The translations under genes and the position numbers were made by a program. This document shows positions 31,473 to 41,051 of a DNA stretch of 64,000 bases, piece after piece (within the stretch, counting starts at the first letter, position 1; each line of letters starts with the position of its first letter). This DNA is from Acidobacteriota bacterium (GTDB lineage Bacteria > Acidobacteriota > UBA890 > WLXD01). The notes under the pieces are model-generated. The model ran no database searches, was not told the DNA's origin, and saw only the letters and a program-made list of their open reading frames with translations. The stretch is taken from positions 1,546,013-1,610,012 of the forward strand of contig CAXWPL010000005.1 of assembly GCA_963666215.2 (NCBI GenBank), given 5' to 3'.

Positions 31473-31567
31473 CTCGGCGGCAGAGCCATGGCTCTGCCGC
31501 TGAGGGCGCCCTCGCTTCGCACGCACACTCCGGTCTACAATCACTCATCGACCCAAGAGGAGAGCGT

Positions 31568-32359
31568 ATGCAGTCAGTGACGGCTCAGGTCCGATATCTC
31601 AACCCTGATTGGAGAGGTCGCAGCGAAATGCCTCGCATCGGCGATCGCGAGTCGCGGCATGCCAACACCAGCAAGCGCGCGGTCGACATCTTCGACGCAC
31701 GGGGCATGGACCTCGGCCTCGACTCGGCAGGCTTCATGCTCACCAAGCACCGATCGAAGGTCGGAGACTTTCACCAGGATGGGGAAGTCCGCGCCACTTA
31801 TTACGTCGAGATCGCTCGTCTACTCCAAGAGCTCACCGGGGCGGAGCATGCCCTCATCCTCCAGCATGTCGTTCGGACCGAGGACACCAGCGACTTCAAC
31901 AAGGCCTACGCGCGCTTCGTTCACTGCGACTACTCGGTCAGAGATGCTCGAGGAAACGCCGAGAGAACCTTGCTCGCTCACGGCTTGGAGCTGACTCCGT
32001 CCCAGCAATGGGAATTCGCCTGGTTCAACACCTGGCAGCCGATCGAGCGCGAAGTGCTCAAGAATCCGCTGGCGATGATCGACGCAAGAACTCTCTCGTT
32101 CGACGACGTTGTCGACTATGAGTACAGTGGGTACGGAGAGCCGGTGCGCAGCTCGATGCCGGCCTTCAATCCGGACCACAAGCTCTATTTCTTCCCGCGA
32201 ATGCAGACCGACGAAGTGCTCGTGATGAAGCAGCTCGACACGCGACTCGACCGCGCCAGGCTGTGTCCGCACACTTCCTTCGACATCGACGCGCCGGCGG
32301 ACGCGCCGGGCCGCCGCAGCATCGAAGTAAGGATCATGTGTGCCTTTCGTAAACGCTAG
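31568..32359 (+). CDS. CmcJ/NvfI (AsaB-like) oxidoreductase
   Basis: IFDARG...LDSAGF, ARFVHCDYS, NTWQPI, PLAMIDA, FPRMQTDEVLVMKQLD, PHTSF, RRSIEVR. Confidence 0.85.
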   Translation: MQSVTAQVRYLNPDWRGRSEMPRIGDRESRHANTSKRAVDIFDARGMDLGLDSAGFMLTKHRSKVGDFHQDGEVRATYYVEIARLLQELTGAEHALILQHVVRTEDTSDFNKAYARFVHCDYSVRDARGNAERTLLAHGLELTPSQQWEFAWFNTWQPIEREVLKNPLAMIDARTLSFDDVVDYEYSGYGEPVRSSMPAFNPDHKLYFFPRMQTDEVLVMKQLDTRLDRARLCPHTSFDIDAPADAPGRRSIEVRIMCAFRKR

Positions 32360-32581
32360 GAGCGTGTCCGAGAATTCGGACAGGCGAGTAGTTCTCAGGC
32401 GGGGATGGGCCGGAGAACGGGCCGCAGGTCCGTTCTCCGGGGCTAGGAGCGTGTCCGAGTATTCGTCCTGAGCCGTTTCCGTGAGCGAATAGGAAGCAAC
32501 GCCCAAGTGCGCCGTCCTCGGCGCCAAGAGACAACTAGGCGGAGGAAATGATAGCCATCATTTCTGGAGCCTAGGAGCGTG
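32356..32581 (+). repeat. Array of CTAG-bounded modules (B, A, start of an interrupted B)
   Basis: CTAGGAGCGTG at 32356, 32443 and 32571; internal hairpins TGTCCGA..TCGGACA and CCGGAGAACGG..CCGTTCTCCGG. Confidence 0.88.
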
Positions 32582-32599
32582 TATCTGGACTCCCGTGTC

Positions 32600-32894
32600 A
32601 AGTAGTTGATTTCAACTCATAGAGAGATTCTGGTTTTCTCGGTCTTCGGGCTGAGAGTGGTAGGTCAGACAGCAGACGTATCTCCGGCCTCAGATTGGCG
32701 TGACGATGTGTGCACGCCGGGCCATGATGGAAAAGTGCGCGTGAGGGAGCCGAATCGTCCGAGAAAACGGCCTCGAGGGCCAACGCTCCTAGCGGCTTGT
32801 GCCCTCACGCCAGTCTGACTGGAAACCATCAAAGTCCTTGGATCGAGCTGTGAGTGGATGGGGGTTACGAGTAGGTTGTGGTCGTTCGGTCGTC
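32600..32894 (-). ncRNA. Predicted bridge/seek RNA region
   Basis: Segments 32783-32794 and 32757-32765 match opposite strands of the two halves of the target; RNA boundaries are not determinable. Confidence 0.75.
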
Positions 32895-33932
32895 TTAGGC
32901 AGCAGCGAGCAACGGCTTGGGCTCGAAGGCGCGCTTACGGGTCCACACGGCCCAGACAATGCGGGCCAACTTGTTGGCGAGGGCAACGGCGGCTTTGTTG
33001 GATCCTCGGCGGGTATCGACGTGCAGCGCCCACTGTTGGAGGCGGCCTTGGGGTTGTTTTCTCTTCGCCCACGACAGCACGGAGCGGGCCCCGTGGATCA
33101 GGAGCGTGCGCAGATAGCCGTCGCCGCGTTTGCTGATGCGTCCGAGCCAGCGTCGTGCGCCACTGGAGTGTTCGCGCGGCGTGAGCCCGAGATAGCTGGC
33201 AAGATGGCGTCCGCTCTTGAAGCGAGAGACATCTCCGATCCAGGCCACCAGGGCCGTGGCGGTCAGGACCCCGATGCCAGGAATGGTCATCAGCAGCTGC
33301 ACGGCTTCGAGCTGTTTGGCGAGCGCTTGGATGTGGTTGTCGATCTCCGCGATACGCTCGTGGAACTGCTCGATCTGATCGCATTGCGCTGCGAAGTGAG
33401 GGCGCAATGCCATGGGGATGTCCGTCTCGGCGTCGGCGATCAGCTCTCGGACCCTCGGCACGACGCGCGCACGTCCTAGAGGGATGAAGTGTCCGAATTC
33501 TCGCAAGTGCCCGCGTAGAGCGTTGCAGTGAGCCGTACGATCGCCGATGTAGGCCGCGCGCATCCGATGCAGAGTGGTGAGCGTTTGTTGCTCGAGCGAC
33601 TTGACAGGGACAGGCAGGATGTCTTCGTTGCGATACGCCTCGAGCATGCCTTTGGTGTCGGTTCGATCGGTCTTGTGGGCGCCGACATAGCGGTGGGTCA
33701 GGTGGGGTGGCAGCAGGACGACCGAGTGGCCGAGCTCTCCTATTTCCCGGCCCCAGTAGTGCGCGGAGCCACAGGCCTCCATGACCACCGTCGTGGGCTT
33801 GCGTTGTGCGAAGAAAGACAAAAAGCCAGCTCTTCGGACTCGATGCCGGTCCGCCACCTTTCCCGGCTCATGCGACACGGCGATCTCGAACACATCCTTG
33901 GCCAGGTCGACACCGATAACGGTATGCTTCAT
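32895..33932 (-). CDS. IS110-family DEDD recombinase
   Basis: IGVDLAK, VVMEACG, KTDRTD, TIPGIG, GLTPREHSSG, GRISKRGD, VALANKLARIVWAV. Confidence 0.95.
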   Translation of the reverse strand: MKHTVIGVDLAKDVFEIAVSHEPGKVADRHRVRRAGFLSFFAQRKPTTVVMEACGSAHYWGREIGELGHSVVLLPPHLTHRYVGAHKTDRTDTKGMLEAYRNEDILPVPVKSLEQQTLTTLHRMRAAYIGDRTAHCNALRGHLREFGHFIPLGRARVVPRVRELIADAETDIPMALRPHFAAQCDQIEQFHERIAEIDNHIQALAKQLEAVQLLMTIPGIGVLTATALVAWIGDVSRFKSGRHLASYLGLTPREHSSGARRWLGRISKRGDGYLRTLLIHGARSVLSWAKRKQPQGRLQQWALHVDTRRGSNKAAVALANKLARIVWAVWTRKRAFEPKPLLAAA

Positions 33933-34020
33933 GGGGCTCCCTTCCAGTACTAGAGTTTCGGTTTGGGCGACCCGCGGCACACAGATGCCGATCGAAGTCG
34001 CCAGGGAGTCCATTTCATCA

Positions 34021-34099
34021 TCCGAGTATCGGACAGGCGAGTAGTTCTCAGGAGGGGATGGGCCGGAGAACGGGCCGCGGGCCCATTCTCCGGGGCTAG
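34021..34099 (+). repeat. Distal part of the type B module interrupted by the IS
   Basis: TCCGAGTATCGGACAGGCGAGTAGTTCTCAGG...CTCCGGGGCTAG matches 32367-32446. Confidence 0.88.
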
Positions 34100-35322
34100 G
34101 TGGAGCTCTGCCGTTTAAAGGAGCTGGAGCGGCGCAGCCAGAGGACTACTGAACCGACCGCGAGACCCATGACGGCCAAAGCCGTCCGCTCGCCCAAGAC
34201 GTCGGCAAGATAGCCGATCGGCAGTCCCATCAAACCGAAGCCGGCGAAAGAAAGCATGGTCAGCGACATCACTCGCCCCACGTATCTCGGCTCGGTCGCG
34301 CCTACGATCACGGCGCCGGCGAGAGTCTGGAAACCGCCACTGAACACTCCCGCCACGAAGACGATCACGGTAAGGCCGAAGAAGCTCGGGGCGGCGGCGA
34401 CGGCCAATAGACTTAGGGCGAACCCCAGGGCCATCAGTGAGAAGAGAGCGGGGGAGCGGGGAGAGTCGGCGTAGCGCGCAACCACCACGCTCGCCGTCAG
34501 AGCACCGAGAGCAGTGACTCCGAATTGCACACTCGAAGACTCGGTGGGCAAGCCGAGCTGGTTCTGTACAAAGCCAGGCAATAGGGTGATGTATGGAAAG
34601 CCGAGGATGATGACAAGCGTAAAGAGGAGCATGAGCGGGCGCAGCTGGGGGTGATCACGCACGTAGCGAAGGCCGGCGAGGATGTCATCGAGTAGACGGG
34701 CTCGGGACGCGCCGCTAGACACGACGGATCGCGGGAGCAAGCCCAGGCTCAGAACCGAGATCAGGTAGAGAACGCCCATCACGATGTAGGCGGCCCACAC
34801 TCCGTCGGTCGACCACGCCAGAAAAGCCCCCGCAACCGCTGGGCCGAGCACCCTGCATCCACTATTCGCGACCTGAGTCAGTGCTATTGCGTTGCCTCGG
34901 CGTGCCTTTCCGACCAGCTCCACCGCCAGTGACTGGCGCGCCGGGCCCATGAACGCGAAGGAAGTGCCCATCACCGCCGAGCCCATCATCAGCCAACCAA
35001 TCTGGATGCGCTCGCTGGCGATACCCCACGCGATCCAAAAGAAGACCGACATCGTCAACAGCTGGCAGACTGCGATCACCCGGCGCTTGGGCCAGCGATC
35101 GGCAAGCGCGCCGCCCAGAGGGGCGAGGGTGAACATCATGATGCCCTGCGAGAAGACCACAAACCCCACGGCTCGGTTCTGCCCGGTGAGCTCAAAGGCC
35201 ACCACACTCTGGGTAACCATCGACATGAAAAAGGCGACGAAGGCGAAAATCGTTCCGATCCACAGGATGCGGAACGGGCGAACGGAGAGCGCCGCAAAAG
35301 TCTGTCTCAGATGTCCAGGCAC
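34096..35322 (-). CDS. MFS transporter
   Basis: About 12 TMs; GGALADRWPKRR, GPARQSL, GRVMSL. Confidence 0.88.
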   Translation of the reverse strand: MPGHLRQTFAALSVRPFRILWIGTIFAFVAFFMSMVTQSVVAFELTGQNRAVGFVVFSQGIMMFTLAPLGGALADRWPKRRVIAVCQLLTMSVFFWIAWGIASERIQIGWLMMGSAVMGTSFAFMGPARQSLAVELVGKARRGNAIALTQVANSGCRVLGPAVAGAFLAWSTDGVWAAYIVMGVLYLISVLSLGLLPRSVVSSGASRARLLDDILAGLRYVRDHPQLRPLMLLFTLVIILGFPYITLLPGFVQNQLGLPTESSSVQFGVTALGALTASVVVARYADSPRSPALFSLMALGFALSLLAVAAAPSFFGLTVIVFVAGVFSGGFQTLAGAVIVGATEPRYVGRVMSLTMLSFAGFGLMGLPIGYLADVLGERTALAVMGLAVGSVVLWLRRSSSFKRQSST

Positions 35323-35479
35323 GATCAGCTAGCGGGGAGGGAGAGGAACCGAGGTCGGAGTCCCGGGGGCTCCTCGCGGCCGACACTAGCACTATGATCG
35401 TGCTTGGATCGGCGCGAAGACGATAGGGTTGGGCCCGCGGTCGCGGACCTCCACGACCCGAGCTCGGAAGGGAAGGATC

Positions 35480-36958
35480 ATGAGACTGAGAGGCCGGCTC
35501 TTGCCATCGGCGGCACTGGTTTGGGTGGGCTGCGCCGGGCCCACGGAGGAGGTCGTCCTGCCAGCGGCGATCGAGACAGTGGCCTCGGCACCCACACGGG
35601 CTCGTACGCAGCAGGGGAGCTACATTTCCTGGCGCGAACACCTGATCGACACTGAGTCCATCGGCGGAGTCCCAATCCGCGGCAGCGACGGGCTGAAGAT
35701 GGCCGATCTAGACCTCGACGGTCACCTGGATATTGTGTCCGTTCACGAATCGGACACCACCTACGATGGAGTGGCCGACGGTCATATCCGGCTGGCCTTC
35801 GGATCTGAGAGCCCCGACCAGTGGGAGCTGGTGACTCTCGGAGAAGGGCAAGAAGTAGGGGCGCCGGAAGACGTCTCTATCGGCGATATGAACGGCGATG
35901 GCTATCCCGACGTGGTGGCTGCCTGCGAGCTGGCGCATCTCATCTATTTTCAGAACCCGGGGAAGAATGCGCGCAGTGAAACCTGGGAGCGTGTCATTCC
36001 CGAGGCGACGCTCGGCCGCGGCTCTTTCATCCACGCCTATCTTGCCGATCTCGATGCGGACGGCCGTCTCGAGGTAGTGACTCCAAACAAGGGAGGCCAA
36101 AACCCGGATAACGCCGCTGCTGAGCCGACGTCGATCTCCTGGTTTCGAATCCCCGACGATCCACTCCAGGGTGATCGCTGGGAAGAGCACGTGGTGGCGA
36201 GGATGCCGGTCCCGATCAACTCCCGCCCGGTGGATCTCGACGGCGACGGTGATCTCGACATCGTCGGCGGTACCCGCGGGGAAGAGCGAGTCATGTGGTT
36301 CGAGAATACCGGCAGCGCCGAGGTCGAGCTCGTGGAGCACCGGATCGAGGTCGTCGAGGCCGAGCCGGAGCTCGTCGGTACCGAACGCCGGATCGCCGGC
36401 AACCACATCGAGTTTGCCGACCTCAGTGGCGACGGACGCCTCGACATTCTGATGACCGAGGCGGTCGTCAACATCGTGTGGTTGGAGCAGCCGGCGGACC
36501 CACGCTCCCCGGATGCACGCTGGCGACTCCATCCCCTGGGTGACATTGCACCGGACCACCCGGCAGGCTTCGCCGTCGCCGACATCAACGGCGATGGCCT
36601 CGTCGATATCATCGCCGGCGGTTATAGCGCCGGAGCGCGAGACCACGATGCCGACGTGCCGCTCACCGATCGGATGGGCCGGCTGGCCTGGTTCGAGCAA
36701 GCGGAGAACCAGGCCGGTGCATGGACCCGCCACGACATCTCGCGGCGCAAGCGCGGCGTTTTCGACGAATTCGTGCCCCGCGACATGGATGGCGACGGCG
36801 ACATCGACTTCGTCGGAACCCGAGGAAACTGCGCCCCCTATGACGGCGTCTACTGGCTCGAGCAGGTACGAAGCGACGCTCCACGCCCGGCCTTCGAGGG
36901 CGCCCGTGAGAACGAGAGTGAGCAGATGCCCTTGCCCGAGGCACTGCGACAGCGGTGA
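35480..36958 (+). CDS. FG-GAP/VCBS repeat lipoprotein
   Basis: Repeated DxDGDGxxDI motifs; lipobox WVGC. Confidence 0.85.
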   Translation: MRLRGRLLPSAALVWVGCAGPTEEVVLPAAIETVASAPTRARTQQGSYISWREHLIDTESIGGVPIRGSDGLKMADLDLDGHLDIVSVHESDTTYDGVADGHIRLAFGSESPDQWELVTLGEGQEVGAPEDVSIGDMNGDGYPDVVAACELAHLIYFQNPGKNARSETWERVIPEATLGRGSFIHAYLADLDADGRLEVVTPNKGGQNPDNAAAEPTSISWFRIPDDPLQGDRWEEHVVARMPVPINSRPVDLDGDGDLDIVGGTRGEERVMWFENTGSAEVELVEHRIEVVEAEPELVGTERRIAGNHIEFADLSGDGRLDILMTEAVVNIVWLEQPADPRSPDARWRLHPLGDIAPDHPAGFAVADINGDGLVDIIAGGYSAGARDHDADVPLTDRMGRLAWFEQAENQAGAWTRHDISRRKRGVFDEFVPRDMDGDGDIDFVGTRGNCAPYDGVYWLEQVRSDAPRPAFEGARENESEQMPLPEALRQR

Positions 36959-38360
36959 GCGCGGTCGGGCGCTGGTGGCAGAGGCTCGCCCAGGCTGACG
37001 CGCCGCCTGTCGCCGCCGAGGCGGACGAGCACGATTACGCAACTCTCGACGCCATTCGCGAGATGGAGAAGGGGTTGCTCCCCATGGCTGACACTGAGCT
37101 AGTGCTAGTCGAGTGAGCCGGCACCCTTCGACCTCGATGAGTACGCGAACAACATCTTCCTGACTAATCCCGGCATCGCAGTGGCGGATGTTTGCTGCAA
37201 TGCGGGAACCTCTTCGGCGCCGACAACATTCAGCTGCAGGCCGAGCTGCGCAACGCACTTCACGTCGAGTCTCTACTGCAGCGGGACGTTGATTACATCG
37301 TGCGAGAGAAACGCATCGAGCTCGTCGACGAGCTCACCGGCCGTGTTGCAAAAGATCGCCACTGGGCCGACGGAATTCAAGCGGCACTCGAGGCAAAGGA
37401 AGGCCTGTTCTTGGGCCACGAGGGACAGGTTCTCGGCTCGATCACGGTCCAGCACTTCTTGCACAAGTACCCGCAGCTTTGTGGCATGACCGCCACTGCG
37501 AAGACCGCTGTGCCTGAGCTCGCCGAAGTCTATGGCCTGACGGTGCAAAGGATCGCAACCAACCGAGCCTGCGCCCGAATCGACGCTCCCGACCTCATTT
37601 TCCGAAGCCAGGAGAGCAAGCGCCCTGCGTTGGTCGATGCGATCTCCTGCGCTCACCGCCGTGTGCAGCCTACGCTGGTCGGCACCCTCAGTGTCAGAGA
37701 GTCCGAAGAGCTGGCCGGTGAGCTCGAGCGCGCCGAGGTACCCTGTCGCGTCCTCAACGCCAAGAGGGACGAAGAGGAGGCCTCGATCATCGCCGAGGCC
37801 GGAGCGCCGGGCGCGGTGACGATCTCTACCAATATGGCAGGGCGAGGCACCGATATCCGCCTCGGAGGGTCAAACGAGAGTGAGCGAGACCAGGTGTTGG
37901 CTGTCGGCGGCTTGGCGGTCTTTGGCACCAACCGACACGAGAGCCGTCGCATCGACGACCAGCTGCGCGGGCGAGCCGGTCGACAAGGCGATCCAGGCTC
38001 TTCTCGCTTCTTCGTCAGTCTCGAGGATCCGCTACTCCGGCGCTATGGCATCGAGCGACTGCTTCCCTCACGGAGCGCCGAGGCGCTCGATCACCCCATT
38101 GTTGCGCGGGAAGTCGCACGCGCGCAGCGCATCATCGAGGGGCAGCACGCCGACGCCCGCACCCGCCTGGTGCGCTACGAGCAGGTCCTGGAGCGGCAGC
38201 GCTCGGAGCTCCAGGGGCGGCGTCAGGCTGTCCTCGAGGGCAGAGAAGACTCGGGCCTGGTGGCGAAGCTCAGCCCGGAGCGGTGGCGCGAGCGTCGATT
38301 GGCTTCCGCAAGGGAGAAGTCGTAGAATGCCACGGCGAACCTACGGGAAGCCTCCTCGGG
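36955..38360 (+). pseudogene. Degraded SecA paralog (SecA2-like)
   Basis: VDELTGR, ALEAKE, GMTATA, VLNAK, STNMAGRGTDIRLG, HESRRIDDQLRGRAGRQGDPGSSRFFVSLED; most of the first nucleotide-binding domain is missing after about 37105. Confidence 0.8.
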
Positions 38361-38453
38361 GTTACCCGCCCTCCGAAAAAGACCAGCGTCCTTGTTCCCA
38401 CCGTCGGCACGGCGCAATCGCTGCGCGCAAAGTGATCTCTTGAGTTTCCAATT

Positions 38454-39677
38454 TTGAGTAATCTAGTCGTTCACGGCATACCTCAGCCCTCGACCGATGA
38501 ATCCGGTCAGGGGTTCGCCGATCTCGGCCTCGGAGAGTCGGTCATCGAGGTGCTCGATCAGATCGGCTTCGAGCGACCGACTCCGATTCAAGCCGCCATC
38601 ATTCCGCTCGCCCTGGAGGGCGGCGATCTCATCGGACTGGCCCAGACCGGATCGGGTAAGACCGCGGCCTTCGTGCTGCCGATGCTCGAGACTTTGGAAC
38701 CGCGTGGTGGGGTTCAGGCGCTGATCGTATGTCCGACCCGAGAGATCGCGGTCCAGACCAAAGAGTTCCTCGATGCGACCGCCCCCTCCCAAGATCTCTC
38801 TTCGGTGGTCCTGATCGGAGGAGTGAGCATCGGGCCGCAGCTCGATCAGCTAAAGAGAGGGATCGAGATCGTGGTGGCGACACCCGGTCGCCTGCTCGAC
38901 CACATGGACCGTCGCACCGTGCGCTTGAATCGACTCAGAGAGCTGGTGATCGACGAGGCGGACCATATGCTCGATCTCGGCTTCTTGCCGCAGATCCGAG
39001 ACATTCTCCAGGAGCTACCCGAAAAGCGTCGCACGATGATGTTCTCGGCGACGATGTCTGCCCCTATCGAGCGTCTAGCGCAGCGCTTCATGGCTGACGC
39101 CGTAAGAATCGATCTGCGACCTGCCAGCCGCGCCGCCGAGGGGATCGAGCACCGCCTCTACCTGATCGAGTCCGCCGACAAGAAGGCCTGTCTTCTTGCT
39201 CTGGCAGAGGAGGAGAAGGGGTGCATCCTGATGTTCATGCGTCGCAAGATCGACACCGAGTGGGCGTGTCGGCAGCTTGCCCTGGAAGGGCATGCGGTCG
39301 AACGGATGAACTCGGATCTGTCCCAACAGCAGCGCCAGGCGGCTCTGCGTGGCTTCAAAGATGGTAAATATCGAATCCTCGTAGCCACCGACGTCGCCGC
39401 GCGGGGGATCGACATCCCCAAGATCGAGCACATCATCAACCATGACCCCCCGGAGACGGTCGAGGACTACATCCATCGAGCGGGGCGCACCGCAAGGGGA
39501 AGTCTCGGCGGTACGGTCTCGACAGTTGCGACTTGGCGCGACAAGGGAACGGTAGAGGCCATCGAGAAGGCCATCGGCCAGAGTCTCCCACGCTGCAAGG
39601 CGCCAGGCGTCGAGCCTTGGGTCGAAGCCAAGGACCGCCCGCGAGCGCGCAGAATCGTACGAGGCCGCCTACGCTGA
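38454..39677 (+). CDS. DEAD-box RNA helicase
   Basis: AQTGSGKT, PTREIA, TPGRL, DEAD, SAT, HRAGRTAR. Confidence 0.93.
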   Translation: MSNLVVHGIPQPSTDESGQGFADLGLGESVIEVLDQIGFERPTPIQAAIIPLALEGGDLIGLAQTGSGKTAAFVLPMLETLEPRGGVQALIVCPTREIAVQTKEFLDATAPSQDLSSVVLIGGVSIGPQLDQLKRGIEIVVATPGRLLDHMDRRTVRLNRLRELVIDEADHMLDLGFLPQIRDILQELPEKRRTMMFSATMSAPIERLAQRFMADAVRIDLRPASRAAEGIEHRLYLIESADKKACLLALAEEEKGCILMFMRRKIDTEWACRQLALEGHAVERMNSDLSQQQRQAALRGFKDGKYRILVATDVAARGIDIPKIEHIINHDPPETVEDYIHRAGRTARGSLGGTVSTVATWRDKGTVEAIEKAIGQSLPRCKAPGVEPWVEAKDRPRARRIVRGRLR

Positions 39678-39696
39678 GCCTCGCCCCGGCGGCGGG

Positions 39697-40089
39697 CTAC
39701 CAGCGACTCTCTCTCTGCTCGCCCGCGGTCAGAAAACGGAGGCCCACGCCGCGCAGCTCAGGGTGCGGGGCGCCACCGTCGTCTGTATGACTCCACATCA
39801 CGAGGGCGTCGGTACGCCGGCTGGGAGCGCCGGTCTTTTCGAGCTCGAGTCGGATGCGAGTGCCCTGGGAAACGCCGTCGGCCTCGACGAAAGCTCCAGT
39901 GGCGGAAATGTCACGCAGGTAGCCGAGGTGCGGCTGCGAGTCGCCCTGGATCCAAAAGCGCACGGCTTCTCGCCGGTCGTGGCGCCTTGCTCCTCTTCGC
40001 TCGGCCTGTTTGTCGAGAGATGCGAGAATCTGGCCCCACGATCGCAGGTCGTGGGTGGGCGGTGGATCGTTGTTCATTGGCCCCTCCAA
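39697..40089 (-). CDS. PilZ-domain protein
   Basis: RRGARRHDR and DISATG motifs; GVGLRF. Confidence 0.75.
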   Translation of the reverse strand: MEGPMNNDPPPTHDLRSWGQILASLDKQAERRGARRHDRREAVRFWIQGDSQPHLGYLRDISATGAFVEADGVSQGTRIRLELEKTGAPSRRTDALVMWSHTDDGGAPHPELRGVGLRFLTAGEQRESRW

Positions 40090-40268
40090 CGCGTCAGCTC
40101 GAACACTCTCGCGAGTTCCCCAGGGTTCGTCGCAGATTGCGCAAGGTGTTCCGTCTACGGTAGTTAACTAACCTAGTCTACTATGATTCTCTGTTTCAGT
40201 CCCGGCGCAATCGCCAAGCAATCCCATTCTCAGAGCGCTCCTCACCGATCCCGAAAGGAGAAGTCCGC

Positions 40269-41016
40269 TTGAGCGCTACATTCTGGTGGATCCTCGGCAG
40301 CGGGCTTGTGATGAGCTCGTTTGCTCTCGTCGGCGCAGTCGGACTTCTGGTCGAGGAAAGGACCTTGCGCCGCTTCCTGCTGCCGCTAGTGGCGCTCGCC
40401 GCAGGCTCCCTTCTCGGCGGCGCCTTTTTCCACATGATCCCTGCAGGCGTGGATACTCTGGGCAACACGACGGCTCTCTGGGTCTGGGTAACGCTGGGTT
40501 TCGTTACCTTTTTTTGCTTCGAACAGTTTCTTCACTACCACCACTGCCACAGCGCTACCCACGACCACAGGCATCCGGTGGGGCACATGATTCTCTTCGC
40601 CGACACGCCACAACTTCGTCGGTGGTCTGGCGGTAGAGGGAGCTTTCTTGGTCGACACCCGGGTTGGGATCACGGCTTGGCTGGCTGCGGCCAGTCACGA
40701 GATCCCCCAGGAGCTTGGCGACTTTGGAGCTCTCGTTCACGCCGGCTGGAGTCGCCGCGCGGCGCTTCTTTTCAACGGGCTCTCCGGTCTCGGGTTTCTG
40801 GCCGGCGGCATGTCCACCCTATTGCTGTCCCGCGGTGCGGACGTCCGCTTCCTGGTCCCCTTTGCGGCCGGGAACTTCATCTACATTGCTTGTGCGGATC
40901 TGGTCCCGGAAATCAATCGACATGAAGATTGGCGCACCAATGTGCTTCATTTCCTCGCTTTTGCCAGCGGATTGGGGCTTCTCTTGGGCGTCAAATTGGC
41001 ACTTTCGCACTCTTAG
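40269..41016 (+). pseudogene. ZIP-family metal transporter, frameshifted at about 40608
   Basis: LAAGSLLGGAFFHMIP; ADT, shift, HNFVGG; HEIPQELGDFG; IACADLVPE. Confidence 0.85.
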
Positions 41017-41051
41017 TGCTCAATTTTTTGTCAACTGAACGCGAAAACGCC

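Larger units (their letters stand above)
32582..34020 (-). mobile_element. IS110 superfamily, IS1111-type element
   Basis: Sub-terminal inverted repeats TGGACTCCC (32586) and GGGAGTCCA (34004); removing the element restores CTAGGAGCGTG|TCCGAG; long non-coding region downstream of the transposase. Confidence 0.92.

Noticed and set aside
32356-32581. CRISPR array from recurring CTAGGAGCGTGTCCGAG
   Set aside because: Only three heads, spacing is unequal (87 and 128 bp), the intervening sequences are themselves repeats, and no cas genes are present.
10000-36958. Integron cassette array
   Set aside because: Genes lie in both orientations, I found no attC-like RYYYAAC..GTTRRRY structure, and there is no integron integrase.
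40269-41016. Programmed frameshift in the ZIP transporter (also the integrase at about 110 and the IS5 tail)
   Set aside because: No slippery sequence is evident; small indels fit decay or sequencing error.
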